Source: Eledone cirrhosa (taxonomy: Eukaryota). Taken from it: DNA of 64,000 bases. The DNA lies in the NCBI GenBank assembly GCA_964016885.1, contig OZ024743.1, positions 6,448,001 to 6,512,000 on the forward strand. The letters run 5' to 3'. A program made the position numbers and the translations under genes. Positions within the stretch are counted from its first letter, which is position 1. Each line of letters begins with the position of its first letter. Shown here in pieces: positions 1-12,734 of this stretch. The notes beneath the pieces are model-generated. The model did no database searches. It saw nothing but the letters and a program-made list of their open reading frames with translations, and was not told the DNA's origin.

Positions 1-676
1 GAGGAGCAGTGATCCCTTAAACTATTGATTTTGAAAGACATAAGGATAGAACAATGCCAGATAAATGCATTATATGGCATGTGTGTCATCATATCTAACA
101 CAAGTCAACAGAAGAGGATATTACTTCAATATTATGAGATTCAAATATTCAAATCATCATCATTGTCATCATTATTATATATGAATAGTTAAACATAGCC
201 TGGGCCAAAACTGCCTGAAACCTATCAAAGTTATATGTGTGTTGTGTGAGAGAGAGAGAGAGAGAGAAAATGACACAAATAGAAGAATGAAGCAGATGAT
301 TAAACAACGTGGGAATTTAAATTGAAGCAAACAACAAGTGAAAAAAAGTGAAATGCAAAGACACATGATTAACAGGAAATATACTCAAAAAATAAATATG
401 TATACAGTGAAAATATTTATGCTGAATAGAAAGGGGAAAAAACGATTTAACATCTCGGGTTAAATCCTTCATCAAAGCAGAGTAAGAGAAGAAAACGATA
501 AGGAAGAAAATTGTTAGAATAATATCAAGTTGGAGAATATAGATATATGATTATTTTTTTAACCATAATTGTTTTAAATAATTCTAATCATATCATCAAA
601 ATCTAATAAAATCAGGTTATATGAACATTAGAAATATAATTTCTCTGAAAACTTCTTTATATTATTATTTACACAG

Positions 677-785
677 GTATGTTATTGCTTGGGTACAGCG
701 TCCCTTTGGATTATGGATAGCACAAGTTATTCTGTCATTTGTAATGCTTTCAAAGTTTATTTTACAACTATATGTTGTACGTAAG
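677..785 (+). CDS. slo-2: Slo2/KCNT channel exon (first in window; about S2): YVIAWVQRPFGLWIAQVILSFVMLSKFILQLYVVRK
   Basis: acacag acceptor and gtgag donor; resembles the KCNT WVxRPxxLWxxQV motif; ends in phase 0. Upstream exons lie outside the window. Confidence 0.85.
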
Positions 786-1647
786 GTGAGAATGAAAACT
801 AAAAACAAAACATTAGTACTAATAGTGTTTTATAGCCTACTAAAAATTATTAAAACACTAAATACTAATTGTTATTGTGATTATTTTATACTAATTAACT
901 TACTACACGTATTTATATATATTTTTATTATACAGTATTTTACTAAATATTTTGACTTCATGTAAGATTATATTTTAAAATTACTTTTTACTTAGCATAT
1001 TTTCTATTTCTTCAGTTTTATTTCTAAGAATAATATCATGTATTCATTATTTTCTTTTATGATTAAATAATGTTTCAGTTAATAAGTTATATGTTTATGC
1101 TTCAACATAATTAAACTTTTAGTATAAAATGTTTCAGGGGTTAATTGCAATCAGTTGTAAATGTTTTAAAATTTGGCCTACAAAAGGTTTAGGTAATTTT
1201 TATTATTCATACAACTAACAACATATTTTTAGTAAAACTGGCAGGCTTTTAGGTTGCTTTCAGATGTACTGCAGAACTAGATTTAGAAAATAGGATCATT
1301 TTTTAAAATATATATTATCTTCTTTTTTTCTGTGGGTTCATAAAATTCTATCTTTGAACCTTTGGCAATGTAAGATCAAATTGGAAATATTTATTAAATA
1401 TGAAAAATGCATGATTAGACAAACTTACCTACTGTATATAATGTTTCAACTGACTCTTTGCTTGAAGCAAAATAACTGATGTTCTGCAATGTATTTGGAC
1501 TACATTGCTGTATTTGTATATTTTAATTTAATAAAAATTATCAATCTGATGAGGGAAGCAGCACTGTAATTCTGATGAGTTTGCTGTAGTTGGTTTAGTT
1601 TGAACTTCTATAGGTTAGGAATAAGATCCTAGACATCATTCACATAC

Positions 1648-1864
1648 TGAGTGAAGTGGAAGTCATCAAATTGGACCAAGAAAACAATGTTTCCACTGGT
1701 CTTTCCATTGCTGATACTATCTACTGGTAGTAACTTCTGGCAGAAAGAGCAGCATGAAATAAAGTCTCTTGCTCAAGGGCATACCACATCGTCCAGTCTG
1801 GGAATCAAACTGCAACCTTACAATTGCAAATCCAATTCTCTAACCACTAAGTCATGTACCTTCA
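1648..1864 (-). mobile_element. tRNA-derived SINE family B (CORE-like ccttgagcaagacact box)
   Basis: Reverse complement matches copies at 37110-37326 and 50338-50552; decayed A/B boxes. Confidence 0.75.
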
Positions 1865-1899
1865 TCTCTATATATTGACATCTGCATAAAAAAAGGGTG

Positions 1900-3120
1900 T
1901 GGAAGAATTCAAAGGAATTCAAAAGATTATGCTAAATGTATGATCCAGGGGGTGAGACATAGTAGGGATGATGAGAAAAAGAGATGGGTGTGCCTGGTGA
2001 GCATGTGTGGAGGAAATATAGTTTTTTAGTTTAGTGGTAGAAGATGCAGAGGAAGGTGTGAAGTAGTGTTTGTAGCCTGTTTGTGGGTAAATCTTTTCCA
2101 ATCCACCAAATGACTTTTGTTGGTGTCTGTGTTGTTACACAACACAGATATGTTAACAGGACTTCAATGGGGGTCTTAGTTAAGCCTTGTAGATAGTCAG
2201 CAATTAATTGGGGGTTCTAGAATATTGTTTTGTTTTGTTTTGTTTTTCAAAGGTACCATAATGTTTAAGATATAATTTTGGTAATATTATATATGTGAGG
2301 TCACAATGAGAGGTTATGAGAGATTGTGAGGTCTAGAATTTGTTATGACTTTCATGATGTTGCATGTTGTTCAGATATAGACAGGATGTAGTAAAAACGA
2401 TATTATTGAAGAAGATTAGGTTGTCATGTTTTCATTGAAGGATGATAGGTCTGTTATGAGAAGTCTAAGTTGACTGCTCTTGTGTAAGTAATATCATCAT
2501 CATAGAAGGTCGTTAATGTATACAGGAAAGAATGTGTAAGATATAATCTGGGATTGGCATGCATCAGAATTGATAGAATAAGAGTTGAAGAGAACTCTGC
2601 TAGCTTTTGCTGCAATGTAGTAGTTTTGATCCAAGAAACGTCAGATGAACAGCACCAACAATTTTGAAATGTTAGAAGTAAGGCCTGTAGAATGGTAGCT
2701 GACAGAGTCAAAGAAATTCCTCTTCTTGGGAATGAGGCATACTACTGTGTTTCAACAAGTTAGAATAGATACCTGGATAAACAGAATTTTGTGAGGATAG
2801 GAGCTAGCTTAGAAGATCGTAGAAAGACCTCACCAGAATTAATAATCTTATTAACTTGAAGTCATTAAAGAATGTTCAACACTTAACAAGTAGTGAGATA
2901 AGTGAAACTTTGCAGTGTTTGTGCAATGTAGGATTGGAAGTAAAACAAGCAAGAAAGGTGTTGATTTTGTCAGCAAGAGTCTTACAGATGTCTTGATCAA
3001 GAGTCTTACAGATGTCTTGATCAAGAGTCTTACAGATGTCTTGATCTAGAGTCTTACAGATGTCTTGATCAAGAGTCTTACAGATGTCTTGATCTATATA
3101 TCTGCACAACACTCCAAAGA
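1900..3120 (-). mobile_element. Highly decayed LINE RT remnant (CR1/Jockey-like)
   Basis: Minus-strand fragments such as FPVYINDL and YDDDIT resemble RT motifs 4-5; many stops; boundaries approximate. Confidence 0.45.
2974..3096. repeat. 24-bp minisatellite x5 (caagagtcttacagatgtcttgat)
   Basis: Five head-to-tail, nearly identical units with no spacers. Confidence 0.95.
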
Positions 3121-4379
3121 AAAAAAGTCAAACACAAATTTACTCTCTATTTTTCTGAATATCATTCTGACTAACTGTAATATTATATCTTTCCATAAAT
3201 CACAAGCAACATAAATAAAATGAAATAGGTTCTACTAGGAATCAATATTAAATCAGAACTTAACTTAAGCTAACAAATATTACAGTACACTTTGTTGTCA
3301 GTTTTTCTATCTTGTGAGCCTGATTTTCCAATCTATCCAAAAGTGATGTTTTGTCCACATTATACTATTTCTTTTATATGTATGTGAATTCATCATGTTT
3401 TCATGTTTGCAAATGTATGTTTTGTATTTTAATTTGGTACATAATTTACATGTATAATTACCTTTAAATATATTGTAATCAAAATAAATCTCTCCCCTTC
3501 TGTCTATGTGACTTTTGTATTTCATACTTTACTGTTGGGTTATTGACCGCCTTCTAATATTCTTCTGCTGGAATGTCAGATATTTCTTCTTGAAATTTGA
3601 CTTTTTATTGTAACATTAATAACTTATTAAAAATTAAGTATTAACTTAGCTGATAGTTTTTTTAACTTTTCTTTTATATGTTCTTTAAATATCATTAATT
3701 CTAATTTTTCTTTAATCATGTATAAGTGTGTACATGTGTGTCGGAGAGGGGATGGAGAAAGAGAGAGAGGGGGCACAGCTGTTTTTTAATAACTTTACTA
3801 AATGGCCTCCAAAATGTCTGATATGTGAAGGTATTCTCTCTTTAACCACTATAAATGTACATTTCCATGTGAAAGAGTCAATTTAACAAAAATCAAAAAA
3901 GGTGTTAGACTGTGAAGAGTAAAAACATCTAACATTGGCAACTGCATTTGTGATACTCCATTCACCAGAATAAAACTCACTAGCTTCTCTTTTACAAAAT
4001 ATATTGTTATGGATAGAGGCCTTCATCATACAATGTATTGAATTTCATTAGTGTAGGCCTCTACTAATCTGGACACATTCTAGTAATTAGGTTTAGTCTT
4101 CTTCATATCCCTAAACAATAGTTAAAAACTCTCCAAACCTGCAGTCAGACACTTCAATATCTCAGCCCACACTACTGATCATATTTTTGTCTGTGATTTC
4201 ACGTTTCATCATGAACATTTGATAATCATATGATTAAGGAAGAGAAAGTTATTTTCCAGCTCTGAAACTGAATGTGTTATCTAGTTTCATTGTTTATCTT
4301 CCCTTTTCCAATTCTCCCCATTATCTCTTTTTCTGCTTTTGTTTTTGTTATTTCATTTCATTTGAGTTTGAGTCCATGC

Positions 4380-4885
4380 TCAGGCCAAGTCGAAGACTCC
4401 ACCCTCAGAGTCTGGTGTGGTTGCCAGGTTGGATTCTCTGTTTAATTTTGACATGTGTAGGAGCGAGTTTGAGTCAGTTTGTGCTCGTTGTGTATATCCT
4501 GGGAGATGGGGTTCATCTCTAATGGTGCTTAAGTGTCTATCCAGCTGCAATTTGAATGATTCCACACTGCATCCTGATAGATTTCTGACATGTACCGGAA
4601 TGGAGTTGAATAGTTGTGCCCCTCGAACCAACAGATTTGACTCTCACAGGGTTTTTGCTGCCTGGCCAGCCCTTTTGTTGATTGGTGGTAGCTGGCAGCG
4701 TCTTCCGTGGCGCAGTGAGTGGTAGGTTTTGATACCAAAGTTTGGCACCTTTTGCTCTATCATTTTCCAAATGTATATAATTCGGTATCGCTCAAATCTT
4801 CTTTCTATTGAGTACATCTTCAAGGTTTTGAGTCTTTGCCAATAGTCCAGGTCCCTCGTTTCTGAGAAGTATGAGGTTATGCTCC
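4380..4885 (-). mobile_element. 3' fragment of a CR1/L2-group LINE ORF2
   Basis: YWQRLKTLKMYSIERRFERYRIIYIWKM...LFNSIP..VRN...SVESFKLQLD is a typical CR1-group C-terminus; one stop codon. Confidence 0.75.
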
Positions 4886-4922
4886 ATTTGTCTTTCCTTT
4901 TCTTTAATCTATCATTATTTTC

Positions 4923-5113
4923 GCGGTGGATTGGTAGTATCGGTAGAGGGTCGGACGCCATGCTTTGCAGCAAAGAGTTACGGCCCTTTATGATCTGAGT
5001 TCAAATCCCGCCGAGGTTAACTTTGCTTTTCATCCTTACAGGGTCGATAAAATAAAGTACCAGTAATACACTGGGATAATTGCTGGCCTTGTGCCAAAAG
5101 TTGAAACAATTAT
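4923..5113 (+). mobile_element. tRNA-derived SINE family A
   Basis: tggtagtatcggtagag A-box and gagttcaaatccc B-box. Further copies at about 7971-8142(+), 16297-16469, 23340-23457(+), 27356-27539(-), 39691-40105(+, two in tandem), 42531-42688(-), 46066-46221(-), 47171-47363(+) and 60061-60248(+). Confidence 0.85.
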
Positions 5114-5649
5114 TTTCTTATTCATATTCTATTCCTTACTTCTTTTTTATTCCTTCAAAAGGCTACTAGTTTTTCTTGTTTCTATACATTTTTTTGTTTA
5201 GTTTTTTTCCTTTATGTCTTACTCTTTGACATTCTCGTCTAAATGTCCTCTACCTTTCTTCCCTTTCTCATCTTCTCTCCCTTTGCAGCTTCTGTCTCGC
5301 ACAGTCTTACTTCCTTTCTACATTTATACGTTATACATTATTTTCTCTCATACTCTGTTGAAGGGATTTGCCTGTAATGTTAGATGTTTTTACTCTTCAT
5401 AATACTCTAACACTTTTTTTTATTTTTGTTAAACTGACTCTTTAACATGGAAATATACATATATAGTGGTTAAAGAGAAACACCCATACATGTCAGACAT
5501 TTGGCAGGCTATTTTGTAAAGTTATTCACTTGTATTTGAAAAAGACCAGATGTAATTTTACCTTTATTTTCAAAGAGAGGTTGTTGTAAGATGTTATAAC
5601 AGCATAAAAATGTTCATTACTGACTCATATAGTATAATCCTTCTGTCAT

Positions 5650-6600
5650 AGGGGATTATTGTTGCAAAGTTCTGTCTGCACTTTTTCTCCCAAAATATTC
5701 TTTTTTAATTATTTACGAAGTATTGATATTGAAAATAAACAACTTTAGGTTATGCTTGCAGATTTGTTTGAATTATAGCCCAAATCTTTTTATTGGACTT
5801 TTAACTTCTACCAGTTCCATAAAGAATAAACTTGTTGAAATTCAATCATCCTTCACCCTGGAGAACAGCCCAAGCCAATGTAGTGGTAACTGTTTGAAAA
5901 ATGAAGGTGTATATGACGGGTATTCGAATTTTCTGAAACACCTTGTACAAATATACAAATATATTCCTCAAACAGAACTTGTGAAAAGTGTAGGTGAGAG
6001 AGCAAAGTTGGGATCTGCTGCTTTAGTAGTGTGTGCTCAAAATGCAAGCCTTATACATGTAGCTTATTTTTCAACTCTACTGAATATGTAAATCCGATCG
6101 GAGTTCTCAAGCCACACCTCTTGGGTTTATCCTTGAGTCAGAGGTTGCAAAACTCAACTTGTACTCAAACTTATAGATGGTCTCCTAATCATAAACAAGG
6201 AGAATGATGAATGAAATTGACCTAAAACATGTCTTTCAGATGGTAAAATCCTTCCACACTATACTAGAGCAATTGGAAGATGGATACTGAAAGTCCTTTG
6301 TTGCAAGAATAGTATGAGCTGCTTTATCAGCACATAAAATCTCCTTGAGATACCTCAAATGAATTTGATCCTTGCATTCAGTTTTAAGCTGTTGAAAAAG
6401 CTTTCCATTTGAAATAGTAGAAATGTAAATCCCTTTTGTGGAAGAACTGAACACATAACATCAAAGAAAAGTATAAACAGTACTGGAGATAAACAGCACT
6501 GCATTTGATGACTGCCTGTGATGTGGAGCGAAGATCAAGGTTCTTTTTGTGGATTTATAATAGTCAATGGTGTAAGTTGGTAACTTATATTTATCAATAT
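5650..6600 (-). mobile_element. Decayed RTE (BovB-like) LINE RT remnant
   Basis: GIYISTISNGKLF...EILCADKAA resembles the BovB-type GVY..TRSDGKLF...LFADDAA segment; frameshifted; boundaries approximate. Confidence 0.55.
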
Positions 6601-6677
6601 CTTTAAAGGATGGTTCTTACTGAAAAAAAAATTACTCTGGAGCCTTTCATTTTTATAACATTTTTGAAATTTTTCAG

Positions 6678-6752
6678 CAAAAAGCCCTTCAAAGGATTTT
6701 CAGAACAACCACAATTATTGAACTATTGTGCACTGCTCCAGTTATTGCCACG
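6678..6752 (+). CDS. slo-2: Slo2/KCNT exon (S3): QKALQRIFRTTTIIELLCTAPVIAT
   Basis: ttttcag acceptor and gtatat donor; 75 nt, phase 0-0; same length as, and aligns with, the KCNT1 segment [25 protein letters not shown]; not in the frame shown by the ORF track. Confidence 0.85.
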
Positions 6753-6878
6753 GTATATACTATACTTCATTAAAATATCTTTCATATTTTATTTTTATCA
6801 TAATTATTATTAGATATTGATTTCAATCTAGATATTATTCAATATCAATGTACTTTAATTCTATTTAATTATTATATA

Positions 6879-7046
6879 CCATATTTCCCAGTGTCAAAGA
6901 CGCTACTTTTTTCCTAAAATAAGTCTAAAAAATCTACCATGCATCCTAGAGGCCAAAGGATGTTTATTATTTTTTTTCAAATTTTTGGTTGTCAAAAGTA
7001 GAGTGCGTCCTCGAGGATGAAGCGTCTTTGGCACCAGTGAATATGG
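6879..7046. mobile_element. Tc2/pogo-like MITE
   Basis: TA-flanked TIRs ccatatttcccagtgtcaaagacgct ... agcgtctttggcaccagtgaatatgg. Confidence 0.7.
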
Positions 7047-7261
7047 TACTTGATATATAAATACTATAAAGAAAACTGTGTCAGAAACAAATTAAACATT
7101 CCTTTTTCCAGTTACCCTCTGACATTTTTGGGACTTCTTTTAAAGTTAAAATCATTTACTTTCTTCTCTATCACCCTCTCACCCCTTTCACCTGTGGAAC
7201 AGAGGTGATTTCCTAGCATTCAAAGTTATTCTGTTATTAAGGTCGCTAATAATTCTAGTTA

Positions 7262-8477
7262 CCATATATACTCGAATATAAACCAAAAAATCAATGGTAA
7301 AATAGGAGTCAGCTTATAATCAAGGTCAATATTTTGACAATTTTCACCAACTTTCAATCCTACATAAAAGGGGTAAAATATCTGGGGTGATTATTTCACA
7401 ATGAAACACTGTTTTTCTACATTTACTGTATCATCCTGAGTTTTATTTAGGCATTGCCTAAAAATTTGTATTATTTGAACTTGTTAATACATAAATATCC
7501 CCTACACATATATGGTGAATTTAAAGCATGATTCAGCGATGGTAGAAAAAGGTCAGCCAACTTAACCCTTTAGCATTTACATTGCTCTATATTTACTATA
7601 GTATTTTTGTGGTAATGGCTTTATCTCACATAATTATCTCAAATAATATTGAATCTGAGATTTTGATATTATTACACATGCACCAACTGTTTTTCTCTAT
7701 GACTTAATTATACTTTTTCTTTCAATCTTGCTTTGTTTTATTTCACTTGCTCTCTTTCTCCCTTCTCTCACTCTCACTCTCTCTTTTTCTTGCTCTGCCT
7801 CTCCTCTCTCTTCTACTCTGGATCCTTATTCAGTGTTGTTCTCTTAGTTGATCTCTTTCAACTATTCTCTATTCATTTCGACCCCCCTAGTGTTTTTAAT
7901 GATCTCTATAATAGTAAATCATTTTTTCTAAAATAATACCTTAAACTAAAAAATATTTCTCCATTTCTTTCGGTAGAGGGTCAGACGCCATGCTTTCCAG
8001 CATAGTTACGTCCCTTAACGATCTGAGTTCAAATCCCGCTGAGGTTGACTTTGCCTTTCATCCTTACGGGGTCGATAAAATAAAGTACCAGTAATGCACT
8101 GGGTAATTGCTGGCCTTGTGCCTAAAGTAGAAACAATTATATTAGAATTTTCTCATGTTTTATTTTTATTTTCAAATTATTAAGAAATATGTGGGGGAGG
8201 GGGATCTTATTTCCACATGGAGGTTTTGTCTGTACCTCTCAGTGATTATTTTCCATGTGTAACAGGTTTCTATGTGAATTCAAAACCTGGAACTGTTCAT
8301 TCGTTTTCTTATTGCACCCCACCAAAAAAGATAAAAGTATCTGATGGTTAAAAGTTAAAAACACACAGTCGATATACTGCTTCTTTTAAATTAAAACTTC
8401 GTAAATATTTTCTCCGCTCATGCTCATGAAAATATCAAACATAAAATGGGGGTCGGCTTATTTTCAAATATATATGG
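7262..8477. mobile_element. Tc2/pogo-like non-autonomous element with a nested piggyBac MITE fragment and SINE
   Basis: TA|ccatatatactcgaatataaacc ... ggcttattttcaaatatatatgg|TA termini. Confidence 0.55.
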
Positions 8478-10526
8478 TAATTGTTTCTTAAAGTGTTGGG
8501 CCTTTGAGTGGGGTGGTTTTGATATGGAAGGGTAAAAGTCCATGATGCAAAACTGGGAAATTTGCAGACGGCTTTATTCTCAATACCACAGAACCAGTTG
8601 ATGATGACATTGCTGGAGTCACATTAAATGTCATTTATTAACTCTGTCTCTCTCACTCTTAGAAGTGTGGCTTACCTTGCACTTTGAGCTGGAAAGAATG
8701 CTGGCTCTGCAGTCCTTAAGAGTGATATGGGGGTGTAGTGAGGTGATCCACCCAATCTTTTAACTTTGGGAAACTTTCTAGCTCATTTCAGTGTTTATGT
8801 CATTGTGTGTTTTGTGTGCATGATATACAGACCATATATACCACAGAAAGACAAGATTATCTAAACAGAACAAGGTCAAAATGAAGAGGAGACAAAGAGG
8901 AACAAGACTAGTCATTAAGAAGGTCACAGAATGTATGATGAAAGAACTTTGGCAATTAAATATGAGAATTAAATAACCATCTGGTTACTAAACTAACGAA
9001 GCAATGGATTAGTTACCTAGTAATAGTACTGAAGTGAAACTTAACTGGGGTGTGTGTTTTATTTGTAGCATGACTCTCCCAAAGTATAACAATATCTGTT
9101 TCTACACAGAATTTTACATCAAGTATCTTGCAAAACAAATACAAAAACAATGTATGTATATGTGTCTGTGTGTGTGTTTGTGTGTACTGAAGAGTGCTAA
9201 AGTTTGCTTAAAGTATTAAAGTATTTCAGAACATATATAAAATAATGTAGCTGTAAATATCAATGATAACAATAAGAAAAATGTTGAAATATTACCTTAT
9301 GAAATATTTAAATTAGTTCTGATATTTTGGGCAAAATAATCCTTTGCAAAGGTGTTCAGTGAAAAAGAGAAAATATATGTCCATTTCAGTTGGCATCTGT
9401 TCTGTGAAAGTGATATTGAAAAATATACATCTTTAAAGATATGAATACCAAGACTGTGAATTATATTCTAGCCATTAAAAACTGCCTGGAATTGAATGAG
9501 GCTCAATGGCTATTATAGTCACTCCTTACAATTAACATGCATCATAATGCTTGACCCAGTTCTTCCATGCACACACATCACTATCCTTCCCTGACACTGA
9601 GAATGCATGGAACACAATTCATAGTCCCAAATTCCACACATTTATTCATATAATCTTCTGAATGGGCATGCCAATCTAAAGAGTTGTATATTTTCTTTTT
9701 TTCTCTGTTGTTCTTTTAACACATTTGTAAAGATGTTTTTAACTTGAAATATTAGTACAAATGAAATATTTATGTAACATTTCAATATCTTTCTTAATGT
9801 TATTTTCAGGTTTAATGTTCCAACTACATTGTTATCGACTTTAACACACTATTAAGTGCATGTGTCAGAGAGAGAGTGAGTTTATATATATATCATCATT
9901 CATCATCATTTCCGTTTCGGGTCAATTCTTTGATGTTCACATAGGTTAGACATGCCGCCCTTGCTGGGAGACAAGTCTGGCTATGGTTGGCCAAGTCACA
10001 CTTTGATCCGGTGAGGACTGTAAATTTGGCCAGGTATTTTACAGCTGGATGCCCTTTCTAACATCAACCACATTTACAATATATATATATGAAGGTGCAT
10101 GGCTTAGTGGTTAGATCACTTGCTCTAGTGGTAGAGCACTTGCTCTAGTGGTTGGGCTTGCAATCGAAAGGTTGTGAGTTCAATTCTCGGACCGGGTGAT
10201 GTGTGTTTCCTTGAGCAAGGCACTTTATTTCACATTGCTCCAGTTTACTCAGCTGTAGAAATAAGATGATAGGACTGGAGTCCCTATCATTCCACTGCAA
10301 AGAGGTCGTGGAGGTGCCACGGTAAAAAAGCACCCATCCCATACTGTAAAAGTGGACGTGTAGGTGCCACGGAAAAAAGCACTCAGCACTTACTGTAAAT
10401 GAGGTCGGTGTTAGGAAGGGCATCCAGCTGTAGAAATCAAGCCAGAATCAGTTCCCGTCCCACCCTTGCAAGCAGGGAAAAGCAGACGTAAAATGATGAT
10501 GATGATGATGATGATATATATATATA

Positions 10527-11414
10527 TGAGTGTGTCAGAAAAGTTCCAGGACTGATGTCACAAAAGATTTATTTCAAACCCAAACTTCACACTAAGAGTT
10601 TTCTCCTTCAAAGTAATCCCCCTGGAGTATGTAACTGTAATCTTATCTCTCTTCAGCAATCAAACTTTTTTCTTCATAATTTTATATACATGTCCTCTGT
10701 TTTAGGTCGTCAAGCAATGAGCACAGAGCAACAAACAAACTTGAAAACTCTGTCAGAAGCACTGGGATTGCTGCAGCAAGTGTATGGAGATGAGACGATG
10801 TCCCACTCACGTGTTTTTGAGTGGTGCAAGAGGTTTAAAGAAGGACGCGAGGACGTGGAAGACGACCCCAGGAGCGGAAGGCCCTCAACAACCACGACTG
10901 AGGTTAACGTTGAGCGCGTCAGGCAGATGGTGCGGAGCGATCGTCGGCTGACTGTTCGACTGATGGCATATGAGCTGGGCATGAATCGGGACAGAGTCTG
11001 GAAGATTCTCACTGAAGATTTGGACATGCGGAAAGTCTGCGCGAAGATGGTGCCAAGACTGCTGAACGATGACCAGAAGGGTCGATGCATGCAAGTGTGC
11101 CAGCACATCCTCGAGCGTCTTGAAACCGAACCAGACTTGCTAGGGATGAGTCATGGATCTTCGAGTACGACCCAGAGGGGACCCGTTTTGAAAACGTGGA
11201 CGACATCAAAAAGGCCATGACGACAGAACGACAGAGGATCCCGGAAGAATCCTTCCAGGAGTGCATGCAAGCGTGGCAGAAAAGGATGGAAAAGTGCATT
11301 AGACTCCAGGGGGGGGGGGGGGGTTACTTTGAAGGAGAAAACTCTTAGTGTGAAGTTTGAGTTTGAAATAAATCTTTTGTGACATCAGTCCTGGAACTTT
11401 TCTGACCCACCTCG
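10527..11414 (+). mobile_element. Internally deleted mariner transposon with long (about 95 bp) TIRs
   Basis: TA TSD; matching TIRs at about 10527-10622 and 11320-11414; HTH region YGDETMS..RVFEWCKRFKEGREDVEDDPRSGRPST, RKVCAKMVPRLL; a deletion fuses ESWIFEYDP to the C-terminal RFENVDDIK...YFEGE. Confidence 0.93.
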
Positions 11415-12155
11415 TATATATATTTCTCTCCATATGTTAGTTTCTCTGTTCCAGATAAAATACACTTGGTGTTAGGAAGGGCATCAAGCTGTAGAAATCA
11501 AGCCAAAATCAGTTCTGTATAAGCAAGACATGGTCACCTGACCTGGCATTCCCCACAACAGGACAACCCATCTAATCCATGCTAGCGTGGAAGAATGGAT
11601 GTAAAATGGTGATGATGATGATGATGATGATGCCTAAGCAAGGAATTCTCTGTTTACTGATTTACATAATCATATTTTCTCAACACAATATATTTTTATC
11701 TATTTATTTCTCTTCTTTCTTTTTTTTTTATTTTGTATGTCTCTTGTGATGCTTATTTTGAATATATTTATTATATTATTCTATATTTATTCCTCTCTCC
11801 TTCACATGAAAGCATCATCTGTCCACTCCCACATTTCCCTTTTTTTTATCATTGCTTATCAGTGAATTTCAAATCTCCAGAGGAGTCTTGGTTGGCATGG
11901 GTTAGACTAGTATAAAGACAGAATTTGCATAGAATGATAATTGATTTTTCTTCAGGCCTTCATATATTGATTAGATCATCAATATATGATCCTGGAGTTG
12001 CTGAATGGGAAGTACTCATTAAGGGTATTTTCTAATTTCATTTGATCGTCTTGAGACCAAATATTTTGTAGAAACAGTCTTTAGACTATCAGAAATTTAT
12101 GAATTATATTTGTAAAGAATTCTATCTACTTTCAAAATAAAGGTACTTTTCTTAA

Positions 12156-12375
12156 GCCTTTAACATTTAAACCAGCTGTATCCAGTTAGAATTCTCTCAC
12201 CTCTTTTTGTTCAAACTGGCCATAACTAGCTGCTCATACTGATGTTAAGGTATTGTTCTCAAAATAAAAAATGTCAAAATCTCATAGATTCAATATTATG
12301 TGAGATATTATGTGAGATGAAGCTTTTACCATGAAAATACAATAGCATATATAGAGTAATTTAAATGCTAAAGGG
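12156..12375 (-). mobile_element. piggyBac-type MITE (about 220 bp)
   Basis: TTAA on the left, aaatgctaaaggg terminus on the right; reverse complement of the copy at 20258-20477. Confidence 0.75.
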
Positions 12376-12647
12376 AAAGTATAAGATTGATACTAGATCT
12401 TAGTTCAGTGAAACATTAAAGAATGAAGCAGTAAAAGAACATAAAATTCAGATTGTAGTTAGCATTCCATTCAATTATATATTTTGGGTTATATGTTAGT
12501 TAACTGGATTCAAAATGTTATAAAATATGAATTAAGTTTTATGTAGAATTCATTAAAATAATAATTACATTATTTTGATTAATTACAACTGCAAGACATT
12601 CATCTAAATTTAAATGTCCTCTATTCTTTTCTTGATACATTTTATAG

Positions 12648-12734
12648 GTATGTTGGCCATCCCGGTTACAAAATATGTTTTACCCAACCTTTTTGAATTG
12701 CTGGTTAGCAAATGATGCTTTTTTGACTCTTTTT
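12648..12734 (+). CDS. slo-2: Slo2/KCNT exon (S4): VCWPSRLQNMFYPTFLNCWLANDAFLTLF
   Basis: tttatag and gtaagt sites; 87 nt, phase 0-0; diagnostic PxFLNCWLA motif. Confidence 0.95.

Noticed and set aside
440-478. Hammerhead-like tttgatgaagg...ccgagatgtt on the minus strand
   Set aside because: Both core boxes are mutated; too decayed to call.
2974-3096. 24-bp repeat array as CRISPR or repeat protein (DQDICKTL)n
   Set aside because: Head-to-tail units without spacers, inside a decayed LINE; eukaryotic context with no cas genes.
11956-12024. Exon-like segment with a good acceptor reading AFIY*LDHQYMILELLNG, tempting as an S3 exon whose TGA is repaired by A-to-I editing
   Set aside because: The real S3 exon is 6678-6752 (correct length, T-x-P motif, no stop); this segment lacks the conserved proline and resembles S3 only over ILELLN.
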